NCBI GenBank assembly: GCA_963827515.1
Contig: CAWHBF010000023.1
Coordinates: 511,281 to 575,280 of the forward strand
Direction of reading: 5' to 3'
Source: an uncultured Acidobacteriota bacterium
Lineage (GTDB): Bacteria > Acidobacteriota > Vicinamibacteria > Vicinamibacterales > UBA2999
Length of the DNA: 64,000 nt
The position numbers and the translations under genes were made by a program. This document shows positions 1-10,171 of this stretch, piece by piece. Within the stretch, counting starts at the first letter, position 1; every line of letters begins with the position of its first letter. The notes below the pieces were generated by a model. That model did no database searches. It was not told the origin of the DNA and was given only the letters and a program-made list of their open reading frames with translations.

Positions 1-1
1 T

Positions 2-523
2 CGCCACCTGGTCACTCACCGACCGGTCACAGCACAAGACGCTCGCCCGCTGCCGTTCGTACCTGGACCGACGCCGCTCGACGAAGTCCTTGCCGTGATG
101 CGACGCCACCGGGCGCAGATGGCCGTGGTAATGGACCAGCATGGCGGCACGGCCGGCCTCGTCACCATGGAAGACCTGTTCGAGGAGGTCGTGGGGGACA
201 TCGAAGAAGGCCAGGGTCGCCGGGCAATTGTCCGTGAGGCGTCCGGCGGCTTGCGTGTCCGTGGCACCGTTCGCCTCGAGGAAGCGGGCGCCGCCCTGGG
301 CCGCGAGCTCGAGCACCCGAAGACGACGACGATTAGCGGTCTCGTGTTGCTGCTCCTCAGCCGCCCCGCAACGATCGGCGATACCGTCACCTGGAACGCC
401 GTGCGTATCGAGGTCACGGCCACCGTAGGTCATGGCGTCTCGGAAGCAATCGTCCAAGCCGTCCCGGACCTCGACGGACGTGTTGACCCGGAGTCAGGTG
501 CCGGAGAAACGAAGCCTTTATGA
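2..523 (+). CDS. CBS/CorC_HlyC (CorC/TlyC-type) transporter-associated domain protein, C-terminal part. The 5' end is outside the window.
   Basis: The frame is open from the window edge. The translation ...PLDEVLAVMRRHRAQMAVVMDQHGGTAGLVTMEDLFEEVVGDIEEG... followed by ...TISGLVLLLLSRPATIGDTVTW... matches the CBS-to-CorC_HlyC architecture. The stop overlaps the next start (ATGA at 520-523). Confidence 0.75.
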   Translation, partial: RHLVTHRPVTAQDARPLPFVPGPTPLDEVLAVMRRHRAQMAVVMDQHGGTAGLVTMEDLFEEVVGDIEEGQGRRAIVREASGGLRVRGTVRLEEAGAALGRELEHPKTTTISGLVLLLLSRPATIGDTVTWNAVRIEVTATVGHGVSEAIVQAVPDLDGRVDPESGAGETKPL

Positions 524-924
524 GCGCTGTCTTCGATATACCAGCGATCGCACGCAACTTTCCAGACTACGCCGAGACGATGCTGATCGACACGCGCCTG
601 ACCGACGAGCCAGAGGCCAGTTCACGCGTGTTCCGCGTCTACGCCGACGTACCGCCGCACTATCACGCGAACTGCGACGAATACCTCTTCGTCGTGGCGG
701 GCCGTGCCATCTTCGCGATGGGCGACACGGCGCCGATCGAGGTGGGTCCAGGCCGGCTGGTGTTCTTCAAGAAGGGCGTCGTCCACGCCATTACGCCGAT
801 CGGAAGCGAGCCGCTGGTGTTCCTGTCGGTCGATACGCCGCGGCGCGATCCGAGGGACATCATCTTTGTGAATCCCGCCGAGGGCACACCGGACACATTC
901 GTCGAGACACGCCGTCTCTACTGA
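520..924 (+). CDS. Cupin domain protein
   Basis: 134 aa. It carries a cupin_2-like core, PPHYHANCDEYLFVVAGRAIFAMGD...GPGRLVFFKKGVVHAI. It is translationally coupled to the upstream gene. Confidence 0.7.
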   Translation: MSAVFDIPAIARNFPDYAETMLIDTRLTDEPEASSRVFRVYADVPPHYHANCDEYLFVVAGRAIFAMGDTAPIEVGPGRLVFFKKGVVHAITPIGSEPLVFLSVDTPRRDPRDIIFVNPAEGTPDTFVETRRLY

Positions 925-1144
925 CCCGCCCTGGGTCGAAAGCGGCTTCAGGCGAGCCCCCGGCTTTATCTGCTCGCTGCCTTCACACGGATGCCTGTAA
1001 TAGCACGAAATCGATCTACTCATTTCGTCCGCTGTTGCCGACATATATACCTGGATACTCCCCTCGCCATGCCCAGAGGGTTGTCGAGGAGGAGCTGGTC
1101 GTCTCGGATGTGATGTTGCTGAGCCTTGGAAGGCCTGTGCGTCT

Positions 1145-3481
1145 ATGGATCCAAACCGGACGGAGAATGAGGGGCTGTGGGACTGGAATTTAGTTTCCAA
1201 CCGCGTTCATTTCTCCCCTCGTTGGATCGCCCTCGTCGGGTGCGACGCACACCAGATCGCCGGCACGCAGGAGACATGGCTGCAAAGAGTCCATCCCGAG
1301 GACCGCACCCTGGTCAACCACACGATCGAGACTCATCTGGCGGACGGCTCCAGCGACTTCGACATCCGTCATCGAATGCTTCACGCCGACGGCTCGTACC
1401 GTTGGATGTCGTGCCGTGCGGTCGTCGAACGGAATGCTGAAGGCCAGGCGACTCGTGTGACGGGCTCTCACGCGGACGTCACGGCGGCCACCGTCACCGA
1501 CCCGCAGACCGGGCTTCCAAGCCGTCTCTTGCTAGCGGAGCATCTGACACGCTCCATCGAGCGGGCCACCCGTTACCCAGGCTTTCACTACGCTGTGTTG
1601 CTCTTGGATCTCGACCGGTCAGCCACCGGCGATGCCTCCGGTGGACCGACGGTCGGAAATGCTCTTCTCGCGGCCGCGGCACGGCGCCTCGAAACCAGTC
1701 TGCGCGTCTGGCACGTGCCGCCGATGCTGCGCCACAGCGATCTCGTCGCGCGGCTGGAGGGCAACCAGTTCGCCATCCTGCTCGATGGCCTGAAACAACT
1801 CGACCACGCTGTCATTGTCGCCGACCGGATCCTCGAGGAGATCCTCGCCCCGTTTGCAATGGGCGACCGAGAGGTGTTTCTTTCGGCGAGCCTTGGGATC
1901 GCCGTGAGCGCCACCGGCTACTCGCGGGGTGACGACGTGCTGCGCGATGCAGAAACAGCACTGCATCGGGCCAAACAGCTCGGCGGGGCTCGCTGCGAGG
2001 TCTTCGACACGGCGATTCTGAAATCGCTGCAGTCGATCCTCCAACTGGAAGCCGATCTCGAACCAGCCCTTGAACGCCAGGAGTTCCACGTTTTCTACCA
2101 ACCGATTGTGTCGCTCGAATCAGACAAGGTCGTCGGATTCGAAGCGCTCCTCCGATGGCAGCATCCGGTGCTGGGCATGATCCCGCCGATCGAGTTCATT
2201 GCGATTGCGGAGAGGACAGGACTTATCGTTCCGCTCGGCCACTGGGCGCTGCTCGAAGCCTGCCTCCAGCTGAAGACCTGGCAGGATACTCAGTCGGCAA
2301 GTGACCTCTGGATCTCCGTCAACGTCTCCAGCGTGCAGCTCCGGCCGTCGCTCGTTGAAGACATCGGTCAGGTGCTGCGCGACTCCGGTGTCGAAGCACG
2401 TTGTTTGGTGCTCGAGCTGACCGAAAGCGTCGCAATGGAGAACCCCACGGCCGCCAAGACGCTGCTCATGCAGATTCGGGCTCTGGGCGTCAGAGTCAGC
2501 CTCGACGATTTCGGCACGGGACATTCCTCGCTCGCCTGTCTGCGACAGTTGCCAGTGGACGCCCTCAAGATCGACCAGTCCTTCGTGCGGGGCATCGAAT
2601 CCAACGACGACATGACACCCATCTTCGGCATCGTCACGACGACGGCCCAGCAGCTGGGACTATCCGTCGTCGCCGAAGGCATCGAGAACGAAGATCAGCT
2701 GGCGTTGATCCGCACGCTACGCTGCGAGTTCGGACAGGGATACCACTTGTCGAAGCCCTTGGATCGCGAGGCAGCGTCCCAGATCTTGAAGACCGGTCTC
2801 CCGCCACGCGAAGGGCGCGCGGTTGAGAATCGGGCGGCCACGCTGCGACCTGGACGTGCCGAGGAGAAACCCGCGGGCGTGACAGCGCGCCTTTCGACGG
2901 CGCGCACGCTTTACATAGCAGCGGCGGTCTTGACGGTCATGGTTTCAATTGGCTTTGCCTCCCGGCTCGCCAGGGAACCTCAGACCGAGGCCAGACCCGT
3001 CATGCTTCAAGCGGAAGCCGTTGGGCTTACGGCCCCAGTCATCGCACCTTCGTCCGCAGCCGTAGCACCTTCGGCTCGTGTCGTCACACCTCCGGCTCCA
3101 TCCACGGCACCTCCCGTTCGATCCGTTGCGCAACCGACGCGCACGGAGCCTGTCATTCGAACACCCGCGCCACCAACCGTCCGACGAGCGGTCAGCGAAA
3201 CGTCCTTCGCCGCTGTTCATCAACATCGTTTCGGGAGCTGCCGCGGAATGCTCGTTGTCTCTCGAGACGGTGTCGCATTCCTCCCGGACGAGGGAAAGGA
3301 GAAAGGGGAGGACGCCTTCTCCTTCAGCCACAGCGAGTTCCTGCATGGCCTGGACGACGGCACTTTGACGATCACGTCCCGCGATCGAACCTACCGCTTC
3401 AAGGCGGCGTTGGCGGCGGATAAGGACGACAACGAGAACCAGCTGCAACAGCTCGCGAACAGCATCGCTCTGCTTCGCTAG
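1145..3481 (+). CDS. PAS / degenerate GGDEF / EAL c-di-GMP phosphodiesterase with a C-terminal TM segment, a Pro-rich linker and an unassigned terminal domain
   Basis: 778 aa. PAS-like N-terminus (LWDWNLVSNRVHFSPRW). The GGDEF position reads EGNQF, which is degenerate. EAL signatures are intact (FEALLRW, ELTES, DDFGTGHSSL, KIDQSFV, AEGIENEDQ, GQGYHLSKP). These are followed by the hydrophobic LYIAAAVLTVMVSIGFA and a P/A/V-rich tract. Confidence 0.85.
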   Translation: MDPNRTENEGLWDWNLVSNRVHFSPRWIALVGCDAHQIAGTQETWLQRVHPEDRTLVNHTIETHLADGSSDFDIRHRMLHADGSYRWMSCRAVVERNAEGQATRVTGSHADVTAATVTDPQTGLPSRLLLAEHLTRSIERATRYPGFHYAVLLLDLDRSATGDASGGPTVGNALLAAAARRLETSLRVWHVPPMLRHSDLVARLEGNQFAILLDGLKQLDHAVIVADRILEEILAPFAMGDREVFLSASLGIAVSATGYSRGDDVLRDAETALHRAKQLGGARCEVFDTAILKSLQSILQLEADLEPALERQEFHVFYQPIVSLESDKVVGFEALLRWQHPVLGMIPPIEFIAIAERTGLIVPLGHWALLEACLQLKTWQDTQSASDLWISVNVSSVQLRPSLVEDIGQVLRDSGVEARCLVLELTESVAMENPTAAKTLLMQIRALGVRVSLDDFGTGHSSLACLRQLPVDALKIDQSFVRGIESNDDMTPIFGIVTTTAQQLGLSVVAEGIENEDQLALIRTLRCEFGQGYHLSKPLDREAASQILKTGLPPREGRAVENRAATLRPGRAEEKPAGVTARLSTARTLYIAAAVLTVMVSIGFASRLAREPQTEARPVMLQAEAVGLTAPVIAPSSAAVAPSARVVTPPAPSTAPPVRSVAQPTRTEPVIRTPAPPTVRRAVSETSFAAVHQHRFGSCRGMLVVSRDGVAFLPDEGKEKGEDAFSFSHSEFLHGLDDGTLTITSRDRTYRFKAALAADKDDNENQLQQLANSIALLR

Positions 3482-3498
3482 GCTTCCGTGACCCTCGA

Positions 3499-5463
3499 CT
3501 ACTTCTGGCCGTGAAGGCCGCCGGCAGGCGACGCGGGGTGCAGACACGACTCACCCAACGGGCAACGCCAGGCGCCGAAGGCCGAGAGTTCGCTGCCAAC
3601 CAGAGGTAGCGTCGTCGACTGAAGGCCGGTGATTCGCTCATTGACGGCCTCGAGCGTTCGGCGGTCGTGAACTGACAACGGGAGTGGCGCCTTCTCCCCG
3701 GAGTCGACGGCGAGATCGAAAGTGAACGCTTCGTCTCTCTCCGGCACGTACACCACTTTCCGGCTACCCTCGACGAACCCGCGACATTTGCGATCGAACC
3801 AGCAGCCGAAGATCTTGGGTGATGGCGGTGGATCGCCGTTCAGGTAGCTCTGCCCGGGCAATGCGTCCGTGGCGTACGGTAGCTCCAGCGCATCGAGAAG
3901 TGTGGGCAAGAGGTCGAGAAGACTAGCCGCCTGAGTGGTGACGCGCGGTGCGATCCGAGGACCGGCAAGCACTACTGGAACGCGCAGACCCTCCTCGAAA
4001 AAATTGGTGTCATGCTGTCTGACACCCTGATCCCCAAAACCTTCACCGTGATCTCCCAGCGCAACGACAATCGTATTTTCACTGAGGCCCCTCGCGGCGA
4101 GTCCGAGCATGACGTCGGTCATCAGCGCATCCCCGGCTTCAACAAGACGGCCGTAGCGCTCCCACGAGCTGACTCTCGGTTTCCGCGACTCTTCAGTGCG
4201 TGAGGCGGCGGCCTTCGACAGGCGATACGGGAAATGGGTTGCCGAGGTGAGCAGGACGGCGACGAATGGCCTTCCCGCGCCCTCGTCGACGAAGCGGAGA
4301 AACGGAGCCGTCAAGCTCTCGTCATCGGAGGCAAGAAAACCGAGTGGCTCGCCGGCAATGTCTTCCCACGCCATGAATTGTTCGAACCCGAGATTCGCAA
4401 CGAGGCGCGGTCAATCTTCGAAGCTGCCGAGAGCACTTTGAAAGAACGCTCGACGATACCCGGCCACTCCAAGAATGTGTGGCAGGCATTGCCCCTCGAC
4501 CGAGAGAGATACTTCGTATAGCTCCCACTGCATAACCGGGTACTGGCCACACAAGAAAGACCATAGCGACTTGGTGGTGTGCGGCACCACGGCCCTGGCA
4601 TTCTGGAAACTCAGCCCACGCTCCGCCAACTGTGCCAGCGCCGGCGTGTCCGCAGGGCCACCGGCAAGCGACGTCACATCCCAGCGCGTGGACTCGAGAA
4701 CGAAGAACAGCACGTTCGGCGGCTTCCTGGCTTGCGCCCATTGGGTGATGGCATTGCCGGAAAGAGGCGTGGGAAATCGACCGAACAGGCCGGCGGATTG
4801 AGTTGCTGACGGTTGCTCGAGGTAGCCCGCGAAAGCAGTGAACGCGACGTTCTCTGCCAATCGCGCGACGGGTACCTGCTCTGGCATTGGTGCGAGAAGC
4901 CCTATGACACCAGCCGCCACAGCGACGCCGAACCCCAGGGCTGGTGACCCCCTACTCCCCCATCGGCGACGACACGAATACGGGATTGCCAAGAGAACGA
5001 AGAGCGCCGCACCGACAAACCACATTACAGGCGCCGACTCGGCGGCGATACTCCGCACCTCGTCGAACCGCGCCACACCGACGATGAGGCTTTGCCATGA
5101 AAGGAGTTCACCCGCCACGACGAGGTAGGCCGCGCTGAGAACGGAGACGACGAGGATCAGGAATCCCAGCAGGGCTGTGGGCCACGCTGCCCAACCCACG
5201 CGCCGCTCGATGACTCGAAACATCGCAGCCAGCCCGAAATACAAAAGCGCATCCTTGGCCACGAGCACCCAGATCCCCGCGACACCATGCGGCGCCCCGG
5301 CTATCCGCGACAATGCGATCGATTTCGCGAGAAACACCGCCAGGAACGCACACAGCAGAAACCAATTCGCGTAGGAGCATAGGAAGGCGAGAGCGCCGAG
5401 CCTCAATCCACCGAGACGATCGAGGACTCGGGCGGTGTGTCGCATGTGACCTGGCAACGGCAT
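3499..5463 (-). pseudogene. LtaS/MdoB-like membrane-anchored sulfatase-family (alkaline phosphatase superfamily) protein interrupted by one in-frame TGA
   Basis: ORFs 4411..5463 and 3499..4374 are in the same frame, separated only by a TGA at 4411-4413. The N-terminal part is polytopic and is followed by NVLFFVLESTRWD. The C-terminal part carries ALGDHGEGFG. Read-through would give ...GSFED*PRLVANLGFEQFMAWED..., a continuous sulfatase domain. Confidence 0.7.
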
Positions 5464-5648
5464 GTCAGACCGAGATGCCGCGGTTCCTCGACACGTCGCG
5501 ATCCATGCGGCGGCGCCTGAGATCGGCGGTGCGGTAGCTTTGCAGGAGGCGCCGATTTTACCACCGCCAATCGACTGCTGTCGCGCGCCGCTGAACGGGC
5601 AGCCGTACTACCGCCCCTGTTTGCTGGTCCCGATAATCACCGAGAGCC

Positions 5649-8183
5649 TTGTCCAGTCCCACACACGCCACCCGAATGCCGGAAGCACGTGTACATCGCA
5701 GTGTGTCCCGTCGCCTCGTGTGGCCCCTCATGGCGATCTGCGTCTCGCTGATTCCCTTCCTACCGGGACTGTCGGGCGCGCGCGTCTTCTACGTTCGAGA
5801 CCTCAGCCAGTATTTCTGGGGACGCTATCTGTGGCTCCGGCGGGCGTGGTTATCGGGCGAGTGGCCGCTGTGGGATCCCTACGTGGGCGCCGGCCAGGCC
5901 GCATACTCCGACGCGCTGAACCAGATGTTCCTGCCGCCGGCCATTCTCGCGCGGCTGGTTGGCGGCGAGGTGCTCGGTTTCAACCTGTGGGTGGCGCTGC
6001 CGTTTCCGCTGGCGGCGGTCGGCGGGTGGCTGTTCTTCTCCAGACGATTCTCCGCCGCGGCCTCGACAATCGGCGCGATCGCATTCGCTGTGTGCGGGCC
6101 GATCGTCTCCACCGGCAACGCCCCGAATCTGTCGTGGTCCGTCGCTATGCTTCCGTGGGCGCTGTGGGGCACCGACCGAGTGTTGTCGGCGCCGACCACG
6201 CGGAACCTGGCCATCCTGGCGGCGAGCATCGCTCTGCAGAGTCTTGCAGGCGAGCCGGTCACGCTCTTCACGACGCTCGCGCTGATCCTCGCGTACGCGG
6301 CCACGATTGGTGACGGTACGAGGTCGAACGACCTCGCGCGCGTGACCCGATCCGTCATCAGGGCCGGCGCGGCCTCCGCGCTCGGCATCGCGATCGCCGC
6401 AATTCAGCTCGTCCCGACGACGCACGCGTCATCGCTTGCAGAGCGGGCCGGCTCGATCACGACAGACGGATGGTCACTGCGCCCCACCGCGCTCATCGAA
6501 ACCGTCTGGCCGCACCTGTTCGGCAACTTCTTCGGGACGCGGGCCCTGGCCGACGTGCCGTGGATGCCGTTGTTGTACACGGGGCGCGAGCCACTGCTCT
6601 TCTCGATCTACTTCGGCGTGCCGTTGCTGGCCCTCGCGGTCTTCGGTCTTGCCGGAAACGGGGACCGCAAATGGCGTCTGTTCTGGGTAGCAGCCGGCAT
6701 GGTGGGCATCGTCACCTCGTTCGGGGCGTACACACCCATCTATCCGTTCTTGCGCGACTACGTCCCGCCTTTTGGTTTGTTCAGGTTCCCGGTGAAGTAC
6801 TTCGTCGTCACCGCCATGGCGGTGGCGGCTGGCGCTGCGGCTGGCTGGGAAGGACTCGTCGGCGGGCGAACGACCGCGGACCGCGAAGAGGCGCGCGATC
6901 CCGTGGATGCCAGACGATTGACCAGGGCACGCCTGCTCAGCGTCGCTTTCCCTTCGGCGATCGGCAGCAGCGTGCTGCTCTTCGCCGCGGCGTGTGCCTA
7001 CCTGCCGGCGCCGATCGCGGCTTCGCTCGCGGTGTTCGCACGCGCGCTGGGAGATGAAAAGGGGACAGGCGCAGCCGAGTGGATGCTACGCACCGTGCGA
7101 CAGGATGCTGCGCCGATCGTGCTCGTCTCCCTTGTCGCTTCCGCGCTGTTCACCCTGCTCACCGTGCCGCGCGAACGTTTCGTCGCGCTGGCTGGGCGTT
7201 CCGCATTGGCCACGCTTCTCGTCGCGGATCTCCTGGTTCGCGCCTGGGGTATCAACCCTGTGTTGGACGCCGCCCACTTCGCGGAACCCGAGTGGCTGTC
7301 GCATGTCAAAGCGCACCCCGACGCTCGTTTCTACGTGGGCGGCAAGAGGGACGGATCTCTCTCCGGTATGGACATCGACGGGTCGCGCGGCTACGTCGAC
7401 GCGCCGGGCCTGTCCGGCTCGGCGAGTCGCGCGGCGCTGAGCATCCAGGCCGCGTTCTACCCATCACCATGGCAGGTACGCGAGATCCTGACGTTCGACC
7501 TGCCTGTGCTGTGGCCGAAAGCGTTTGCGGACATGTCGAGTCGCTTCTTCGACGAGAGCAGCGAGGCGCGTGAGCGTCTCCTCGATCGCACGGGCGTGCG
7601 CTATCGCGTGCTGCCACAGCGGCGCGCGGGCGACCGCGTGCCGCTCGTGCGAATCCCGCAGTTCTACGAGTCGTTTCTCTTCGACTTCGGCGACACCGTA
7701 ACCCCGCGCGTGTCGATCGTGCCGACGTCCCGCGTGGTCCCGCAGGTGAAAACGCAGATAGCTGCGCTCTTCGAAAGCGGATGGGACAGTCGGGCTGTCG
7801 TGCTGGTGGATCGCGACGTGCCCCCCACAGGGACGCGAGGCCAGCCAGTCCAACCGTTCGCGCGCATCACTGAGGATTCGTCCAATCGCACCCTCGTCGA
7901 GGCCGGCGTCGGTCGCGAAGACGGGTATCTGCTCCTCCTCGACTCGTACTCCGAGGACTGGAGCGCGACGGTGGACGGCCAGCAGGCCACGATCGCGCGT
8001 GCCGACGGCCTGTGGCGCGCGGTTCGCCTTTCGCCGGGACGCCATCGAGTGGAGTTCCTCTACAGACCCCGCGCGCTCGCCGTTGGAGCGGCCATCTCGC
8101 TCGGCGGCATCCTGTGCATGCTCGGTCTCGTTCTCCTAGGCGCAAGACATCGATACAACGCCTGGATCGTGCGGTCGTCCTAG
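5649..8183 (+). CDS. YfhO-like large polytopic membrane protein (putative glycosyltransferase)
   Basis: 844 aa with many hydrophobic segments. The N-terminal motif VRDLSQYFWGRYLWLRRAWLSGEWPLWDPYVGAGQAAY resembles the YfhO family. The start is uncertain (alternative ATG at 5676). Confidence 0.55.
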   Translation: MSSPTHATRMPEARVHRSVSRRLVWPLMAICVSLIPFLPGLSGARVFYVRDLSQYFWGRYLWLRRAWLSGEWPLWDPYVGAGQAAYSDALNQMFLPPAILARLVGGEVLGFNLWVALPFPLAAVGGWLFFSRRFSAAASTIGAIAFAVCGPIVSTGNAPNLSWSVAMLPWALWGTDRVLSAPTTRNLAILAASIALQSLAGEPVTLFTTLALILAYAATIGDGTRSNDLARVTRSVIRAGAASALGIAIAAIQLVPTTHASSLAERAGSITTDGWSLRPTALIETVWPHLFGNFFGTRALADVPWMPLLYTGREPLLFSIYFGVPLLALAVFGLAGNGDRKWRLFWVAAGMVGIVTSFGAYTPIYPFLRDYVPPFGLFRFPVKYFVVTAMAVAAGAAAGWEGLVGGRTTADREEARDPVDARRLTRARLLSVAFPSAIGSSVLLFAAACAYLPAPIAASLAVFARALGDEKGTGAAEWMLRTVRQDAAPIVLVSLVASALFTLLTVPRERFVALAGRSALATLLVADLLVRAWGINPVLDAAHFAEPEWLSHVKAHPDARFYVGGKRDGSLSGMDIDGSRGYVDAPGLSGSASRAALSIQAAFYPSPWQVREILTFDLPVLWPKAFADMSSRFFDESSEARERLLDRTGVRYRVLPQRRAGDRVPLVRIPQFYESFLFDFGDTVTPRVSIVPTSRVVPQVKTQIAALFESGWDSRAVVLVDRDVPPTGTRGQPVQPFARITEDSSNRTLVEAGVGREDGYLLLLDSYSEDWSATVDGQQATIARADGLWRAVRLSPGRHRVEFLYRPRALAVGAAISLGGILCMLGLVLLGARHRYNAWIVRSS

Positions 8184-8195
8184 GCTAGGACCGCA

Positions 8196-8266
8196 TTTCG
8201 ATTCGGCGTAGAGCGGAGGCTTTAGCCTCCGCGGACACGCGCACGCTGAAGCGTGCGCTCTACGGC
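8196..8266. repeat. GTAGAGCG-family palindromic element, stand-alone copy
   Basis: The sequence is tttcgattcggcGTAGAGCGGAGGCTTTAGCCTCCGCGGACACGCGCACGCTGAAGCGTGCGCTCTACggcg. It has an outer inverted repeat GTAGAGCG/CGCTCTAC and inner hairpins GGAGGC-ttta-GCCTCC and GCGCACGC-tgaa-GCGTGCGC. Near-identical copies lie at 22672-22750 and 49100-49166. The lipB stop codon (8260-8262) lies inside it. Confidence 0.85.
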
Positions 8267-8919
8267 GCTGCCGTCGCGACCCGTTCCAAGCGGTCGCAGA
8301 AATGACGAATCAGCGAATCCTCGACCTCGTCCATGTGCAGATTCCGGCCAGCAGCCTGTTTGAGGGACGTCACCCCTCGGTTCGCGATCCCGCACGGGAC
8401 GATCAGATCGAAGTGGCGGAGGTCCGTGTTCACGTTGAACGCGAAGCCGTGGCTCGTGATCCAGCGCGACACGCGCACGCCGATCGCGCCGATCTTGTCA
8501 TTGCCGACCCACGCCCCCGTCAAACCCTGGATCCGTCCGGCCGGCACGCCGTAGTCGGCGCACACGCGAATCATGACCTCCTCGAGATCGCGCACATACC
8601 GATGCACGTCACAGCGGTCCGGACGCAGGTCGAGGATGGGGTAGCCGACGATTTGCCCCGGCCCGTGGTAGGTGACGTCGCCACCCCGTCCGGTTTCTGA
8701 AATGCCGACACCAAGCGCGGACAATCGCAGGGAATCCGCGACGACATTCGAGCGCCCGCCATCGCCCTTGACGCCAAGCGTGATGACTGGCGGGTGCTGT
8801 AGCAGCAAGAGGAGATCCGGAACACGGCCCTCACGTCGTTCCTCGACCAGTGACCGCTGAAGCGCGAGGGCCTCAGAGTAGGGAATGACACCGAGGCGCC
8901 GGACTTCCAGTTCTCCCAT
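8260..8919 (-). CDS. lipB: Octanoyltransferase (lipoyl(octanoyl) transferase)
   Basis: 219 aa with LLLLQHPPVITLG, GGDVTYHGPGQIVGYPILDL, KIGAIGVRVSRWITSHGFAFNV and LIVPCGI. Confidence 0.9.
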   Translation of the reverse strand: MGELEVRRLGVIPYSEALALQRSLVEERREGRVPDLLLLLQHPPVITLGVKGDGGRSNVVADSLRLSALGVGISETGRGGDVTYHGPGQIVGYPILDLRPDRCDVHRYVRDLEEVMIRVCADYGVPAGRIQGLTGAWVGNDKIGAIGVRVSRWITSHGFAFNVNTDLRHFDLIVPCGIANRGVTSLKQAAGRNLHMDEVEDSLIRHFCDRLERVATAAP

Positions 8920-8932
8920 GGGACACGAAACG

Positions 8933-10171
8933 CTATACCTGAACGGAATCGAACGACTCGAGGTACTTCTTCACGTCCGCCATGAACTGGTCGGCCACGG
9001 CTCCATCAATCAGCCTGTGATCGTACCCGAGTGTCAGGTACGCCATCGTGCGGATCGCAATGCCGTCGCCGATGACCACCGGCCGCTTTTCGATCGTTCC
9101 GACCCCGAGAATCGCCGACTGCGGTTGGTTGATGATCGGCATGCCGAACTGCGCGCCGAAGTGACCGGGATTGGTGACGGTGAACGTCCCGCCGTGCACC
9201 TCCTCGGGCTTCAACTGCTTCGCTCGCGCCCGATCGGCAACATCGGCAATCGCGCGGCTCAAGCCAAGCAGGTTTTTTTCGTTGGCCTGGTGCACCACCG
9301 GCACGATCAATCCACTGTCGAGCGCCACCGCAATTCCAAGATTGACGTCCTTCTTGTAGACGACGTTGTCTCCTTCGAGCGAGGCATTGACGATCGGGTG
9401 ATGACGAAGCGTGTCAGTGACGGCCTTGGCGATGAACGCCATGAAGGTCAGCTTGGCTCCAACCCGTTCGTACTCGCCCTTTTTCTCCCGCCGGATGCCC
9501 TCCACCCTGGAGAAGTCCACGTTGAACACGGTATGGACGTGCACGGCCGTTTGCCTGCTGAGCACCATGTGCTCCGCGATCTTCTTGCGCATGGCCGAAA
9601 GCGGCTGAACGCTCGCCTCGAGACTCGGGACTCGGGGCTCGGGGCTCGGGGCCTGGGGCTGGGAACGCGAATCCCGAGTCTCAGATCCCGGGACCCGTCC
9701 GAGATGCTCCAGAATGTCCTGCTTCGTGACCCGTCCACCGACTCCGGACCCCTCGAGGCTCGCGATCTCAACGCCGTGCTCGCGAGCGATTCGCCGCACG
9801 AGTGGCGACGACTTCTGCCTGCGAAGCTCGGCGCGGTCCCCGGTTGATGCCGGCGCGGCCGCACGTGGGACTGCCTCTGCCGGAGGCACGGCGGCGACGG
9901 TGGGGCTGGCCTCGGTCTTCGTGGGCTCTTCCCCGGCATGCTGAATGATGCCGACGACGGTGTTGACGGATACCGTCTGACCTTCGCGCGCGGTGATCTC
10001 TGTGAGGACTCCCTCGACTGGAGAAGGGATCTCAGCCTCGACCTTATCGGTTGTGATCTCGAAGAGCGGTTCGTCCCGATCGACCCGATCGCCGACTTTC
10101 TTGAGCCAGCGCACGATGGTGCCTTCGACGATCGATTCGCCCATCTGGGGCATGAAGACTTGGGTGGGCAT
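8933..10171 (-). CDS. 2-oxoacid dehydrogenase complex E2 (dihydrolipoamide acyltransferase)
   Basis: The start is taken at the internal ATG 10171 (MPTQVFMPQMGESIVEGTIVRWLKK, lipoyl domain). It has a peripheral-subunit-binding motif (SSPLVRRIAREHGV) and a catalytic C-terminus (LTLGYDHRLIDGAVADQF). The upstream part of the longest ORF lies in a repeat. Confidence 0.9.
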   Translation of the reverse strand: MPTQVFMPQMGESIVEGTIVRWLKKVGDRVDRDEPLFEITTDKVEAEIPSPVEGVLTEITAREGQTVSVNTVVGIIQHAGEEPTKTEASPTVAAVPPAEAVPRAAAPASTGDRAELRRQKSSPLVRRIAREHGVEIASLEGSGVGGRVTKQDILEHLGRVPGSETRDSRSQPQAPSPEPRVPSLEASVQPLSAMRKKIAEHMVLSRQTAVHVHTVFNVDFSRVEGIRREKKGEYERVGAKLTFMAFIAKAVTDTLRHHPIVNASLEGDNVVYKKDVNLGIAVALDSGLIVPVVHQANEKNLLGLSRAIADVADRARAKQLKPEEVHGGTFTVTNPGHFGAQFGMPIINQPQSAILGVGTIEKRPVVIGDGIAIRTMAYLTLGYDHRLIDGAVADQFMADVKKYLESFDSVQV

